Of a stretch of DNA of 64,000 bases, positions 37,506 through 45,905 are shown piece after piece. The position numbers and the translations under genes were made by a program. Below the pieces are notes generated by a model, which saw only the letters and a list, made by a program, of their open reading frames with translations, was not told the DNA's origin and did not search any database. Numbering within the stretch: the stretch's first letter is position 1; each line of letters starts with the position of its first letter. The stretch comes from Gammaproteobacteria bacterium (GTDB lineage: Bacteria; Pseudomonadota; Gammaproteobacteria; Magnimaribacterales; TMED112), in contig JAYQTH010000002.1 in assembly GCA_038147295.1 (NCBI GenBank), positions 458,243 to 522,242 of the forward strand, given 5' to 3'.

Positions 37506-37931
37506 ATGAAAACAACAGCACTAAGAACTCAAGACATTGAGCAAAAATGGTACCTAATCGATTGTTCTGGCCAGACATTGGGCAGACTTTCAGTAAAGGT
37601 AGCAAATATTCTGAGGGGTAAAAATAAACCTGAATATACCCCAAATTCAGATGTTGGTGATTTTGTGGTGCTTATAAATGCAAAAAACCTTAAAGTTACT
37701 GGTTCAAAAAATGAAGATAAAATATATTACAGGCATACAGGGTATCCTGGTGGAATTAAACAAATTGCCTTCAAAGACTTGTTGAGCAAAGACCCTGAAA
37801 AAGTTTTAAGATTAGCAGTGAAAGGTATGCTGCCCAAAAATAAACTAAATAGACAAGTGATTAAGAAATTAAAAGTTTATGCGGGAGAAAAGCACCCCCA
37901 TGAAGCACAAAGTCCTGAGGTAATAAATTAA
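37506..37931 (+). CDS. rplM: 50S ribosomal protein L13
   Basis: Contains [20 protein letters not shown]. Confidence 0.97.
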   Translation: MKTTALRTQDIEQKWYLIDCSGQTLGRLSVKVANILRGKNKPEYTPNSDVGDFVVLINAKNLKVTGSKNEDKIYYRHTGYPGGIKQIAFKDLLSKDPEKVLRLAVKGMLPKNKLNRQVIKKLKVYAGEKHPHEAQSPEVIN

Positions 37932-38311
37932 TGTCAGTCATCTCAGGTAGAAGAAAAGAAGCCACAGCAGTTGTGAGGTTAAAAAAAGGCAGTGGTGTAA
38001 TCACTGTCAACAAAAAAAGTCTAGATGATTATTTTGGTAGGGACGTTGCCAAAATGATAGTACGACAACCCTTAGTTCTCACAAAAAATGAAAATGCTTA
38101 TGATGCAGATGTAAAAGTTGAGGGTGGTGGTTCATTTGGTCAAGCTGGAGCAATTAGGCTTGCTATTTCAAAAGCACTAATTGCTGAGACTCCTGATTTA
38201 AGAGGGGAGTTAAAAAAAGCAGGGTATCTTACAAGAGATTCAAGAGTTAAAGAGAGAAAGAAAGTCGGCTTGAAAAAAGCAAGAAAGAGCCCACAATTTT
38301 CAAAGAGATAA
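37931..38311 (+). CDS. rpsI: 30S ribosomal protein S9
   Basis: Contains GGG..GQAGAIR..I..AL and ends in [12 protein letters not shown]. Confidence 0.97.
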   Translation: MSVISGRRKEATAVVRLKKGSGVITVNKKSLDDYFGRDVAKMIVRQPLVLTKNENAYDADVKVEGGGSFGQAGAIRLAISKALIAETPDLRGELKKAGYLTRDSRVKERKKVGLKKARKSPQFSKR

Positions 38312-38321
38312 TTTTAAATTA

Positions 38322-38876
38322 ATGTCAAAAAAAATTGACCAAAATAGAAGAAGAGCTCTTCACATTACTTCTGGTGTAGTTGGAGCAGTGACGGTTGCGG
38401 GTTTTGCAGTACCATTTTTAAGTGCATGGAATCCAAGTGAAAAAGCAAAAGCGCTTGGAGCATCTGTTAAGTTTGATCTTTCAAAATTAGAGGCTGGAGC
38501 AATGGTAGTTTTGGAGTGGAGAAGAACTCCAATTTTTGTAGTACACCAAACGTCAGCGGCGATTGAAAATCTTCCAAAACTTGATGCAAAGGTAACAAAT
38601 CCTGCTAAAGAAGAAGGTATTACCCGTTCAGTAAATAGTAGATACACTGTCCTTAAAGGTGTTTGTACTCATCTGTCTTGTGCACCAAAATATCATCCTG
38701 AAATTGAACCAAAAGCTTGGGATCAGGAATGGTTGGGAGGTTTTTTCTGTCCGTGTCATGGTTCAAAATTTGATTTAGCAGGAAGAGTTTATAAGGGGGT
38801 TCCAGCCCCAACTAACTTAGAAGTTCCTCCTCATTCGTTCGATGGAGATATGCTTACAGTCGGAGAAGCAGTATAA
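38322..38876 (+). CDS. petA: ubiquinol-cytochrome c reductase Rieske iron-sulfur subunit
   Basis: CTHLSC and CPCHGS Rieske motifs. Twin-Arg-like N-terminus (NRRRAL). Confidence 0.93.
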   Translation: MSKKIDQNRRRALHITSGVVGAVTVAGFAVPFLSAWNPSEKAKALGASVKFDLSKLEAGAMVVLEWRRTPIFVVHQTSAAIENLPKLDAKVTNPAKEEGITRSVNSRYTVLKGVCTHLSCAPKYHPEIEPKAWDQEWLGGFFCPCHGSKFDLAGRVYKGVPAPTNLEVPPHSFDGDMLTVGEAV

Positions 38877-38877
38877 A

Positions 38878-40122
38878 ATGAGTAAACAAAATAATTCCTT
38901 GATGAGTTGGCTTGATAAACGTTTTCCAGTTACTGAAAACCTGGAAAGGCATTTAACAAAACACCCAGTGCCAAAAAAGGTTAACTTCTTCTACATATTT
39001 GGTGCCTTGCTTATGGTCATTTTCATGGTTCAAGTTATAACTGGAATATGGTTAATGATGTTTTACACAAATACAGAAGAAGGGGCATTTGCATCAGTCG
39101 AATACATCATGAGAGACGTGGAGTATGGTTGGTTAATGCGTTATATGCACAGTACGGGAGCAAGCGCCTTCTTTTTCTTAATGTATTTTCATATGTTCAG
39201 AGGGCTGCTTTATGGCTCTTATCAAAAACCAAAAGAATTGGTTTGGTTATTTGGATGTTTCCTCTTGTTTTTATTGATGGCTGAAGGCTTTCTTGGCTAT
39301 GTGCTGCCTTGGGGTCAGATGTCATATTGGGCAGCAAATGTAATTCTATCTCTTTTTGGTGCAATCCCAGTTATTGGGCCAGATCTACAGGTGTGGATAC
39401 AAGGCGATTATGTGCTTTCTGGAGCAACATTATCTCGTTTCTTTGCTTTGCATGTTGTGGTAGTGCCATTACTAATGATTGCATTGGTTGTATTTCACAT
39501 ATTTGCGTTACACGAAGTTGGAGCTGGCAATCCAGAGGGAGTTGATATTGAAAAGCATAGAGATGAAAAAGGTATGCCTTTAGATGGAGCACCCTTTCAT
39601 CCATACAAAACATTTAGCGCCTTACCTGCCATTGGAATTTTCTTTGTAATATTTTTTGCAATAGTATTTTTTGCACCTGAAGGCGGAGGCTATTTCCTAG
39701 AAAAACCAAATTTTGAAGAGGCAGATTTTCTTAAGACACCAGAACACATAGCACCGGTATGGTATTACGCTCCATTCTATTCAATTCTTAGAGCGATAAC
39801 ATTTGGAATTCCTTTCTTAGGCATAACCAGCAAATTTCTTGGTTTTATAATTTTTGCTGCCAGCATAGCAATTCTTTTTGTTGTGCCATGGCTCGATAGG
39901 TCAAAAGTACAAAGCATTAGATACAAAGGCATTTACAGTAAGATTGGGATGATATTATTCGCCGCCTCATTTATTACACTTGGATATTTAGGAACAAAAC
40001 CAGTAAATGAGCTAAGAACATTGATAGCTCAGATATGTACTTTATTTTACTTCTTACCGCTTATATTGATGCCAATATATACAAAATATGAAAAAACCTT
40101 GGAGGTTCCAGAGAGGTTATGA
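38878..40122 (+). CDS. petB: cytochrome b
   Basis: Polytopic protein with conserved His pairs (RYMHSTGAS, FFALH). The ATG at 38878, right after the petA stop, is preferred over the tracked start at 38842. Confidence 0.95.
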   Translation: MSKQNNSLMSWLDKRFPVTENLERHLTKHPVPKKVNFFYIFGALLMVIFMVQVITGIWLMMFYTNTEEGAFASVEYIMRDVEYGWLMRYMHSTGASAFFFLMYFHMFRGLLYGSYQKPKELVWLFGCFLLFLLMAEGFLGYVLPWGQMSYWAANVILSLFGAIPVIGPDLQVWIQGDYVLSGATLSRFFALHVVVVPLLMIALVVFHIFALHEVGAGNPEGVDIEKHRDEKGMPLDGAPFHPYKTFSALPAIGIFFVIFFAIVFFAPEGGGYFLEKPNFEEADFLKTPEHIAPVWYYAPFYSILRAITFGIPFLGITSKFLGFIIFAASIAILFVVPWLDRSKVQSIRYKGIYSKIGMILFAASFITLGYLGTKPVNELRTLIAQICTLFYFLPLILMPIYTKYEKTLEVPERL

Positions 40123-40838
40123 TTAGATATTTTGCATTACTGCTTTTAATTGCATTTTGCGGAAAGCTTTTTCCTGCAGGCGAAAGTAAATGTGGAGCTC
40201 TTGAAAGTTGCACAGAATATAAAGCAGATGTGCATGATTTATTCTCGCTTCAGAGAGGCTTAGGCCTGTATATGAATTATTGTTCGAGCTGCCATAGTCT
40301 GCAGTACTTAAGATGGAATAGATTGCAAAAAGATTTAGATATTCCTGAAAATATTCTTAAAGAGGACCTTATCCTAAACCCTAACGTAAAAAATAGTGAT
40401 TATATGACTTTTGGACTCAACAGTGATGATTCGACTGCTTGGCTAGGAGCATATGCTCCTGATCTAACACTGAGAACAAGGGTCAGAGGCGAGAGTTGGG
40501 TATATACCTACTTACAATCATTTTATGAGGATGCATCTAGACCTTTAGGCTCAAATAACCTAGTGTTGCAAGGAAGCTCAATGCCACATGTGCTTTCTAG
40601 CTTGCAAGGTAGACAGCAATTAAATAACAAAGGTGAGTTAGTAAAAGTCTCGGAGGGGATGCTCTCCGAACAAGAGTTTGATAACGCTATGCAGGATTTG
40701 GTAAATTTTTTGGCTTATGCTGCAGAACCTATCAGGAGCGAAAGAGAGAAAAATGGAATTTTTGTGATATTATTTTTCGTTATTTTTACTGCAGTTATGT
40801 GGCTGCTAAATAGAGAGTATTCTAAGGATATTAAATGA
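40119..40838 (+). CDS. petC: cytochrome c1
   Basis: CSSCHS heme-binding motif and a C-terminal TM anchor. Confidence 0.85.
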   Translation: MIRYFALLLLIAFCGKLFPAGESKCGALESCTEYKADVHDLFSLQRGLGLYMNYCSSCHSLQYLRWNRLQKDLDIPENILKEDLILNPNVKNSDYMTFGLNSDDSTAWLGAYAPDLTLRTRVRGESWVYTYLQSFYEDASRPLGSNNLVLQGSSMPHVLSSLQGRQQLNNKGELVKVSEGMLSEQEFDNAMQDLVNFLAYAAEPIRSEREKNGIFVILFFVIFTAVMWLLNREYSKDIK

Positions 40839-41455
40839 TTTTTTACTCAGAGGAAAAGGGACACTATAGTCATATGGTAAGGCTTGTATTGGCTGAAAAA
40901 GATATTTCATGTGAAATAAAAGAATTTGATCCAGAGGGCAAAATGCCAGATGAGCTGCCTGCAATTAACCCTTACAATAAGCTTCCAGTGCTTGTTGATA
41001 GAGAGGTAACTATATATGAACCAAGAATTATTTTAGAATACCTTGATGAGAGATTTCCTCACCCGCCCCTACTGCCTATTTACCCAAATGAAAAAGCAGA
41101 ATGCAGGCTTTTAATCTATAGGATCGAAAAAGAGTGGCTTCCATTAATTGATAAAATGATGGAACCAAAGATTTCACAAAAAGAGTTTGATAAACTTAAA
41201 AAAGACCTTGTGGCATTAGTATCTGGTATTGTGCTGGTGTTAAAAGAAAAACCTTACTTTATGAGCGATGAGTTTACTTTGGTTGACTGTTATATGTCAG
41301 CTATTCTATATCGATTACCATACTTAGGCGTCACAATCCCAAATACAAAATCTTTTTCAACTTTGAAAAAGTACCAAGAAAAACTTTTCTCTAGGCCTAG
41401 CTTTGATCTTTCTCTAACGGATTCCGAAAGAGACCTAAGATACTCTTTTAGTTAA
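40835..41455 (+). CDS. sspA: stringent starvation protein A (GST-like)
   Basis: GST fold. Sits after petABC, as in other gammaproteobacteria. Confidence 0.85.
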   Translation: MIFYSEEKGHYSHMVRLVLAEKDISCEIKEFDPEGKMPDELPAINPYNKLPVLVDREVTIYEPRIILEYLDERFPHPPLLPIYPNEKAECRLLIYRIEKEWLPLIDKMMEPKISQKEFDKLKKDLVALVSGIVLVLKEKPYFMSDEFTLVDCYMSAILYRLPYLGVTIPNTKSFSTLKKYQEKLFSRPSFDLSLTDSERDLRYSFS

Positions 41456-42482
41456 TATAAGATTTAGAATTAATTGCAGTTGAATTAAGGTTGTAAATGG
41501 CATTATAGCCTCGAACCTCTCCAAGAAAACTATTAGATTTTGCATACGCTAAAAGCATAGCATCGTACCCAAGGGCATAGCTCCTTGCTTTTCTTAAGTC
41601 ATAACCAAAATTATTTTGATCTGCAAGCCCAAAAACTAAAATATTATGTAATGCAATTTCATTTGTATCTAAGGAGTCTGCAAGCCCGTACGTTAATGTT
41701 GAGATCTCATATCCAAGACCATAGTTGAATCTAATATTTGAAGCAATTTCATAGATTTCATCTACTTCTTGGGGAAATAATACTATGTGTTTAATGTCAT
41801 CTCTTGGTCTTGGGATTGACTTTAATTCAGAAAAGCTTGCTTGATCAATTTGTTTTATTCTATTAGTGCTGTCTGATACTCCAAGAATTTCTTTAATCTG
41901 ATTTGAATCTGTGTTTGATTTTAGAGAAATATATTCCAAGTCTAAATTTAGCTTCTTAATGTTATTTAAAGCATCTTTACCTGCTACCATTATTTTTTTA
42001 TTCTTGGTTTGCATTAGATAGTACTTTAAAGCATTGATTTGAGAGATTGAGTTAGATGGCAAAAAAACATTTTTCTGGGCTAGCCCCATAAGAATTAAGT
42101 TTTCATTTTTCCCTTTGTTATCAAATTGTTCAACTAAGCTTGGTTTAAATGGACCTACTATAAAACTATCTGTTTTTAGATTGTTGATATTCAGCTCACT
42201 TAAAAAAAATATCTCAGTTGCATTTTTTAGGTCTCTGGATGCATGCAGGATGCCAAGTTGAAAATAGGTATTAAAGTACTCAAATTCACTTGGATCCGGA
42301 ATTAAAAAAGTAAAATCCTGTTGAATGGGGTTAAAATTAGCTTGAGAAAATTGCGTAACGCCAATGAAACCCAAAGCATCTTTTGACTCTAAAAACTTTT
42401 GATTTTCATTTCCTTTCTGCGCACTGGAACAAGCAGAGATAAAGATAATATGGAATACTATAATTAAAACTTTCTTCAACAT
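41448..42482 (-). CDS. lpoA: LpoA-like lipoprotein (about half the length of E. coli LpoA)
   Basis: Lipobox FISACS when started at the ATG at 42482 (MLKKVLIIVFHIIFISAC). Divergent from rsmI, like E. coli yraM/lpoA. Confidence 0.5.
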   Translation of the reverse strand: MLKKVLIIVFHIIFISACSSAQKGNENQKFLESKDALGFIGVTQFSQANFNPIQQDFTFLIPDPSEFEYFNTYFQLGILHASRDLKNATEIFFLSELNINNLKTDSFIVGPFKPSLVEQFDNKGKNENLILMGLAQKNVFLPSNSISQINALKYYLMQTKNKKIMVAGKDALNNIKKLNLDLEYISLKSNTDSNQIKEILGVSDSTNRIKQIDQASFSELKSIPRPRDDIKHIVLFPQEVDEIYEIASNIRFNYGLGYEISTLTYGLADSLDTNEIALHNILVFGLADQNNFGYDLRKARSYALGYDAMLLAYAKSNSFLGEVRGYNAIYNLNSTAINSKSYIN

Positions 42483-43314
42483 GATTTTGTATATTATACC
42501 CACACCCATCGGCAATCTTGATGATTTGTCTAATAGGGCATTAAAAATATTATCTAAACTAGACTTTTTGGTTGTAGAAAATTTTTCAATTACCAGAAAA
42601 CTTCTAAATCATTACTCAATAAATATTCAAAACGTTATAACTTATAACGACCACTCCAATGACCATGTTAGAAATAAAATTTTAAATAATTTAAAAAAAG
42701 GGTTAGTTGGTGGTCTAGTATCTGATTCTGGCACTCCATTAATATCTGATCCTGGGTTTAAATTAATTCAAACACTCGCAGAGAATAATATCGAGATTGT
42801 CAGCATTCCAGGACCTAGTTCAGTTACATCTGCTTTGGCAGGGAGTGCTTTGCCCACAGATAGTTTCCAATTTCTGGGATTCTTCCCAAGAAAAGATAAA
42901 GATAAAAAAATGATTGTGAAAACTATTGAAAGATTCGCTGGTACAAGTATTTTTTTTGACTCTCCAAAAAGGTTATTAAAGAATTTAGTTTGGCTTCAAA
43001 ATAATTCAGATTTTAATGAATCAGACATCTCAATAGCAAAAGAAATTTCAAAACTTAATGAAAAATTTATAAGAGGAAAAGGCAGTCAAGTAGTTGAAAA
43101 GATTTCTAAAATTAATGACTTTTTTAAAGGAGAATTTGTTGTATTGATTAAGCCAATTAAAAAAGAAGAGCAAGAATTAAAGTTAGAACAATTCTATTCA
43201 TATTTTTCTGAATTTATGCCCAAAAAAGATTTAATAAATGCTGTGCACCTAATCACAGGAGAACCAAAAAATAAGATATATAAGTTATTTTTAGCACTTG
43301 CATCAAAAGATTGA
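42481..43314 (+). CDS. rsmI: 16S rRNA (cytidine1402-2'-O)-methyltransferase
   Basis: Tetrapyrrole-methylase fold, N-terminus LYIIPTPIGNLDDLS. Confidence 0.9.
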   Translation: MILYIIPTPIGNLDDLSNRALKILSKLDFLVVENFSITRKLLNHYSINIQNVITYNDHSNDHVRNKILNNLKKGLVGGLVSDSGTPLISDPGFKLIQTLAENNIEIVSIPGPSSVTSALAGSALPTDSFQFLGFFPRKDKDKKMIVKTIERFAGTSIFFDSPKRLLKNLVWLQNNSDFNESDISIAKEISKLNEKFIRGKGSQVVEKISKINDFFKGEFVVLIKPIKKEEQELKLEQFYSYFSEFMPKKDLINAVHLITGEPKNKIYKLFLALASKD

Positions 43315-43325
43315 TAAGATATTCA

Positions 43326-43652
43326 CCGAGTTGGTCGAGCTATCGCTTAATTTTTAAGAGGAAAGTCCGGACTTCAAAGAGCAAGGTGCCAGCTAACAGC
43401 TGGGGAGCGTGAGCTTACGGATAGTGCAGCAGAAAATATACCGCCATTTTGGTAAGGGTGAAAAGGTAAGGTAAGAGCTTACCGCTCAAACGAAAGTTTG
43501 AGGCAGTGCAAACCCCACTTGAAGCAATGCCAAGTAGAGATTAAATTGTGTTGCTCGCACATAATCAGGGTAGGCAGCATGAATGTTTTGGTGACAAAAC
43601 ATCAAGATAAATGATAGCTGAAAACAGAATCCGGCTTATAGACCAACTCAAT
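43326..43652 (+). ncRNA. rnpB: RNase P RNA, bacterial type A (compact)
   Basis: Contains GAGGAAAGTCCGG, GGTGCCAG.TAAC.GCTGGG, CAGAAAATATACCGCC and ACAGAATCCGGCTTA. P1 pairs GAGTTGGTC with GACCAACTC; P2 pairs GAGCTATC with GATAGCT. Ends are good to about 5 nt. Confidence 0.92.
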
Positions 43653-43673
43653 TCTCTCATCTAGAATTTATAT

Positions 43674-44768
43674 ATGACATGGCAAATCCTTGATTCTAAT
43701 TACGAGCAAGCAAAAATCGCAGTTATAGGGATTGGAGGCGGAGGTGGTAATGCTATCCAGCACATGATAAGTTCAGGGATAAAAGGCGTTGAGTTTATAT
43801 GTGCAAATACTGATTCTCAAGCTTTAAGTATGATACATAATGCTAAAACCATTAAGCTTGGCAATGACTTAACCAAAGGGCTTGGAGCAGGCAATAACCC
43901 CGAAGTAGGTAAGCAAGCTACAGAACTTAGCCGCCAAGAGATTATTGAAAACCTTGCTAATACTGAAATGTTATTTATTGCAGCTGGAATGGGGGGTGGT
44001 ACTGGCACTGGAGGGGCACCAGTAATTGCAAAGATCGCCAAGGAATTAAATATCCTTACAGTTGCGGTAGTAACAACTCCATTTAAAACAGAAGGTCAGA
44101 AACGAGCCAGTCAGGCAAAAAATGGAATTTCAAGTTTAATAGAAAATGTAGATTCTCTTATTGAAGTTGACAATGAAAAAGTTTTTGAAATCTTTCCTCC
44201 AGAAACTCCTATAGAAAAAGCATTTACAAAAGTAAATGATGTCTTAATGAATGCGGTTAAAGGCGTTGCAAATATAGTTTTGAAGCCTTCAAAAATAAAT
44301 GTGGATTTTGCAGATGTTTTAGCTGTGATGTCACAAAAAGGAATGGCATTAATGGGGTATGGCTCTGCAGAGGGAGAAGATAGAGCACCTAGGGCTATTC
44401 ATGAAGCATTGAATAATCCTTTTTTTGACAGAAACGAAGTTAAAAATGCAAAAGGGTTGCTGGTAAATGTGTGTGCCTCATCTAGCATTACACAGAAAGA
44501 ACTTAAAGATATTCTTGAGGAAGCTTCATCTATTGGGCAAGATGGTGTAGAGGCAATTCCTGGATTAACCATTGACGAATCCTTCGGAAATACTATTAGT
44601 GTAATAATTATAGCTACTGGCTTAAGGAGATTTAATTTAGGTGACTTTCAAAGACCTAAAGTTTTTACAACAAGAGCAAACAATGAAAATTTAAGTGATG
44701 ACTTCCTAGATCTTGATCAGTTAAAAAGGGCAAACCTTAGTGAAGTTTTAGGGAGATTAAAAAATTAA
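43674..44768 (+). CDS. ftsZ: cell division protein FtsZ
   Basis: Contains IGIGGGGGNA, NTDSQAL and the tubulin signature GMGGGTGTGGAPVIA. Confidence 0.95.
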   Translation: MTWQILDSNYEQAKIAVIGIGGGGGNAIQHMISSGIKGVEFICANTDSQALSMIHNAKTIKLGNDLTKGLGAGNNPEVGKQATELSRQEIIENLANTEMLFIAAGMGGGTGTGGAPVIAKIAKELNILTVAVVTTPFKTEGQKRASQAKNGISSLIENVDSLIEVDNEKVFEIFPPETPIEKAFTKVNDVLMNAVKGVANIVLKPSKINVDFADVLAVMSQKGMALMGYGSAEGEDRAPRAIHEALNNPFFDRNEVKNAKGLLVNVCASSSITQKELKDILEEASSIGQDGVEAIPGLTIDESFGNTISVIIIATGLRRFNLGDFQRPKVFTTRANNENLSDDFLDLDQLKRANLSEVLGRLKN

Positions 44769-45657
44769 ACATGTTCCAGTTTTATTCAATAAGGCTGTAG
44801 AAAGTCTGGTTCAAAATGTTGATGGCAATTATGTTGACTGTACATTTGGACAAGGAGGCCATTCAAAAGAAATACTTCGTACACTTAGCTCTAAAGGAAA
44901 TTTAAATGCATTTGATTTAGATGAGCTTGCTGAAGTTGAGGCTAAGAAAATTAAAAACCCAAATTTCTCCTTCCATAAAACTAACTTTAAAAACATAGGT
45001 GATTACTTTAATGATGATGAGCTAGATGGGATTCTTATTGATTGTGGTGTTTCATCTCCACAAATTGACGAATCTTCTCGAGGCTTTAGCTTTATGAGGG
45101 ATGGGCCACTAGATATGAGATTTGGAAACCAGGTGAAGTTAACCTGCGAAAGCATCATAAATAATTATGCTTACGAAGACCTTGTAAGGATTTTTAAAGA
45201 GTATGGGGAAGAGACTGAATCTAAGAGAATAGCTAGAGAAATTATAGCCAAAAGAGAACAAGATAGAATTATCTCAACCAAACAGTTATCAAGCCTTATA
45301 GAAAATATAAAAAAAATTAAAACTAAAAAAAATCCGGCCACTAAGGTATTTCAAGCTTTAAGGATGGAGGTTAATCAGGAACTTGAGAACTTAAAAATAT
45401 GCCTTAGCACGGCAAAGAGACTTTTAAAGAAGAATGGGAGGTTGGTTGTTATATCGTTCCATTCTCTTGAAGATCGGATTGTAAAGAATTATTTTAAAAC
45501 GGAAGAACGGTTACACGAAAAGGACATACCATTATTAAGTAAACAGGTGCAGAAAAAGAAATTTTTAGTAAGCAGTGTGATCACACCGGAGGAGTCTGAA
45601 ATAGCTTCAAATGTAAGAGCAAGAAGTGCAAAAATGAGAGTAGTGACAAAATTATGA
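44764..45657 (+). CDS. rsmH: 16S rRNA (cytosine1402-N4)-methyltransferase RsmH/MraW; start codon unresolved
   Basis: The tracked ORF (45094..45657) starts at an internal Met. Upstream DNA translates to KHVPVLFNKAVESLVQNVDGNYVDCTFGQGGHSKEIL...DCGVSSP-QIDESSRGFSFMRDGPLDMRF, the conserved RsmH N-terminal half, with no ATG, GTG or TTG codon. The 5' coordinate is approximate, and frame continuity near 45057-45061 should be verified. Confidence 0.8.
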   Translation: MKHVPVLFNKAVESLVQNVDGNYVDCTFGQGGHSKEILRTLSSKGNLNAFDLDELAEVEAKKIKNPNFSFHKTNFKNIGDYFNDDELDGILIDCGVSSPQIDESSRGFSFMRDGPLDMRFGNQVKLTCESIINNYAYEDLVRIFKEYGEETESKRIAREIIAKREQDRIISTKQLSSLIENIKKIKTKKNPATKVFQALRMEVNQELENLKICLSTAKRLLKKNGRLVVISFHSLEDRIVKNYFKTEERLHEKDIPLLSKQVQKKKFLVSSVITPEESEIASNVRARSAKMRVVTKL

Positions 45658-45905
45658 AACATACTAGAGTGTCTTTTTTTGTATTGATGGTTTTCCTGGG
45701 AGGGGTTGCTTTTATAAAAGCCAAACTTGTATTTGAATATAAAAGACAATTTCTATATCTAGCTCAAATCCAAAATGAAATCGATAGGCTTGAAAATGAA
45801 AATACTAAGCTAAACCTTGAACTTTCTTTGCTTAAGTCATCCCCCTATGTTTTACAATCTGCAGCAAGCCTGGGCATGAAGAGAATCGAGCAGGTTAATG
45901 AATAA
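45654..45905 (+). CDS. ftsL: cell division protein FtsL
   Basis: 83-aa bitopic protein with a TM segment and a leucine-zipper-like coil, ending ..ASLGMKRIE. Sits between rsmH and ftsI. Confidence 0.8.
   Translation: MKHTRVSFFVLMVFLGGVAFIKAKLVFEYKRQFLYLAQIQNEIDRLENENTKLNLELSLLKSSPYVLQSAASLGMKRIEQVNE

Noticed and set aside
43674-44768. The possibility that this is an FtsZ-like paralog rather than the real FtsZ.
   Set aside because: It has the full tubulin/FtsZ signature set (GGGGGNA, NTD.QAL, GGGTGTG) and normal length, and no other ftsZ follows ftsA in the window. A second copy elsewhere in the genome cannot be excluded from this window alone.
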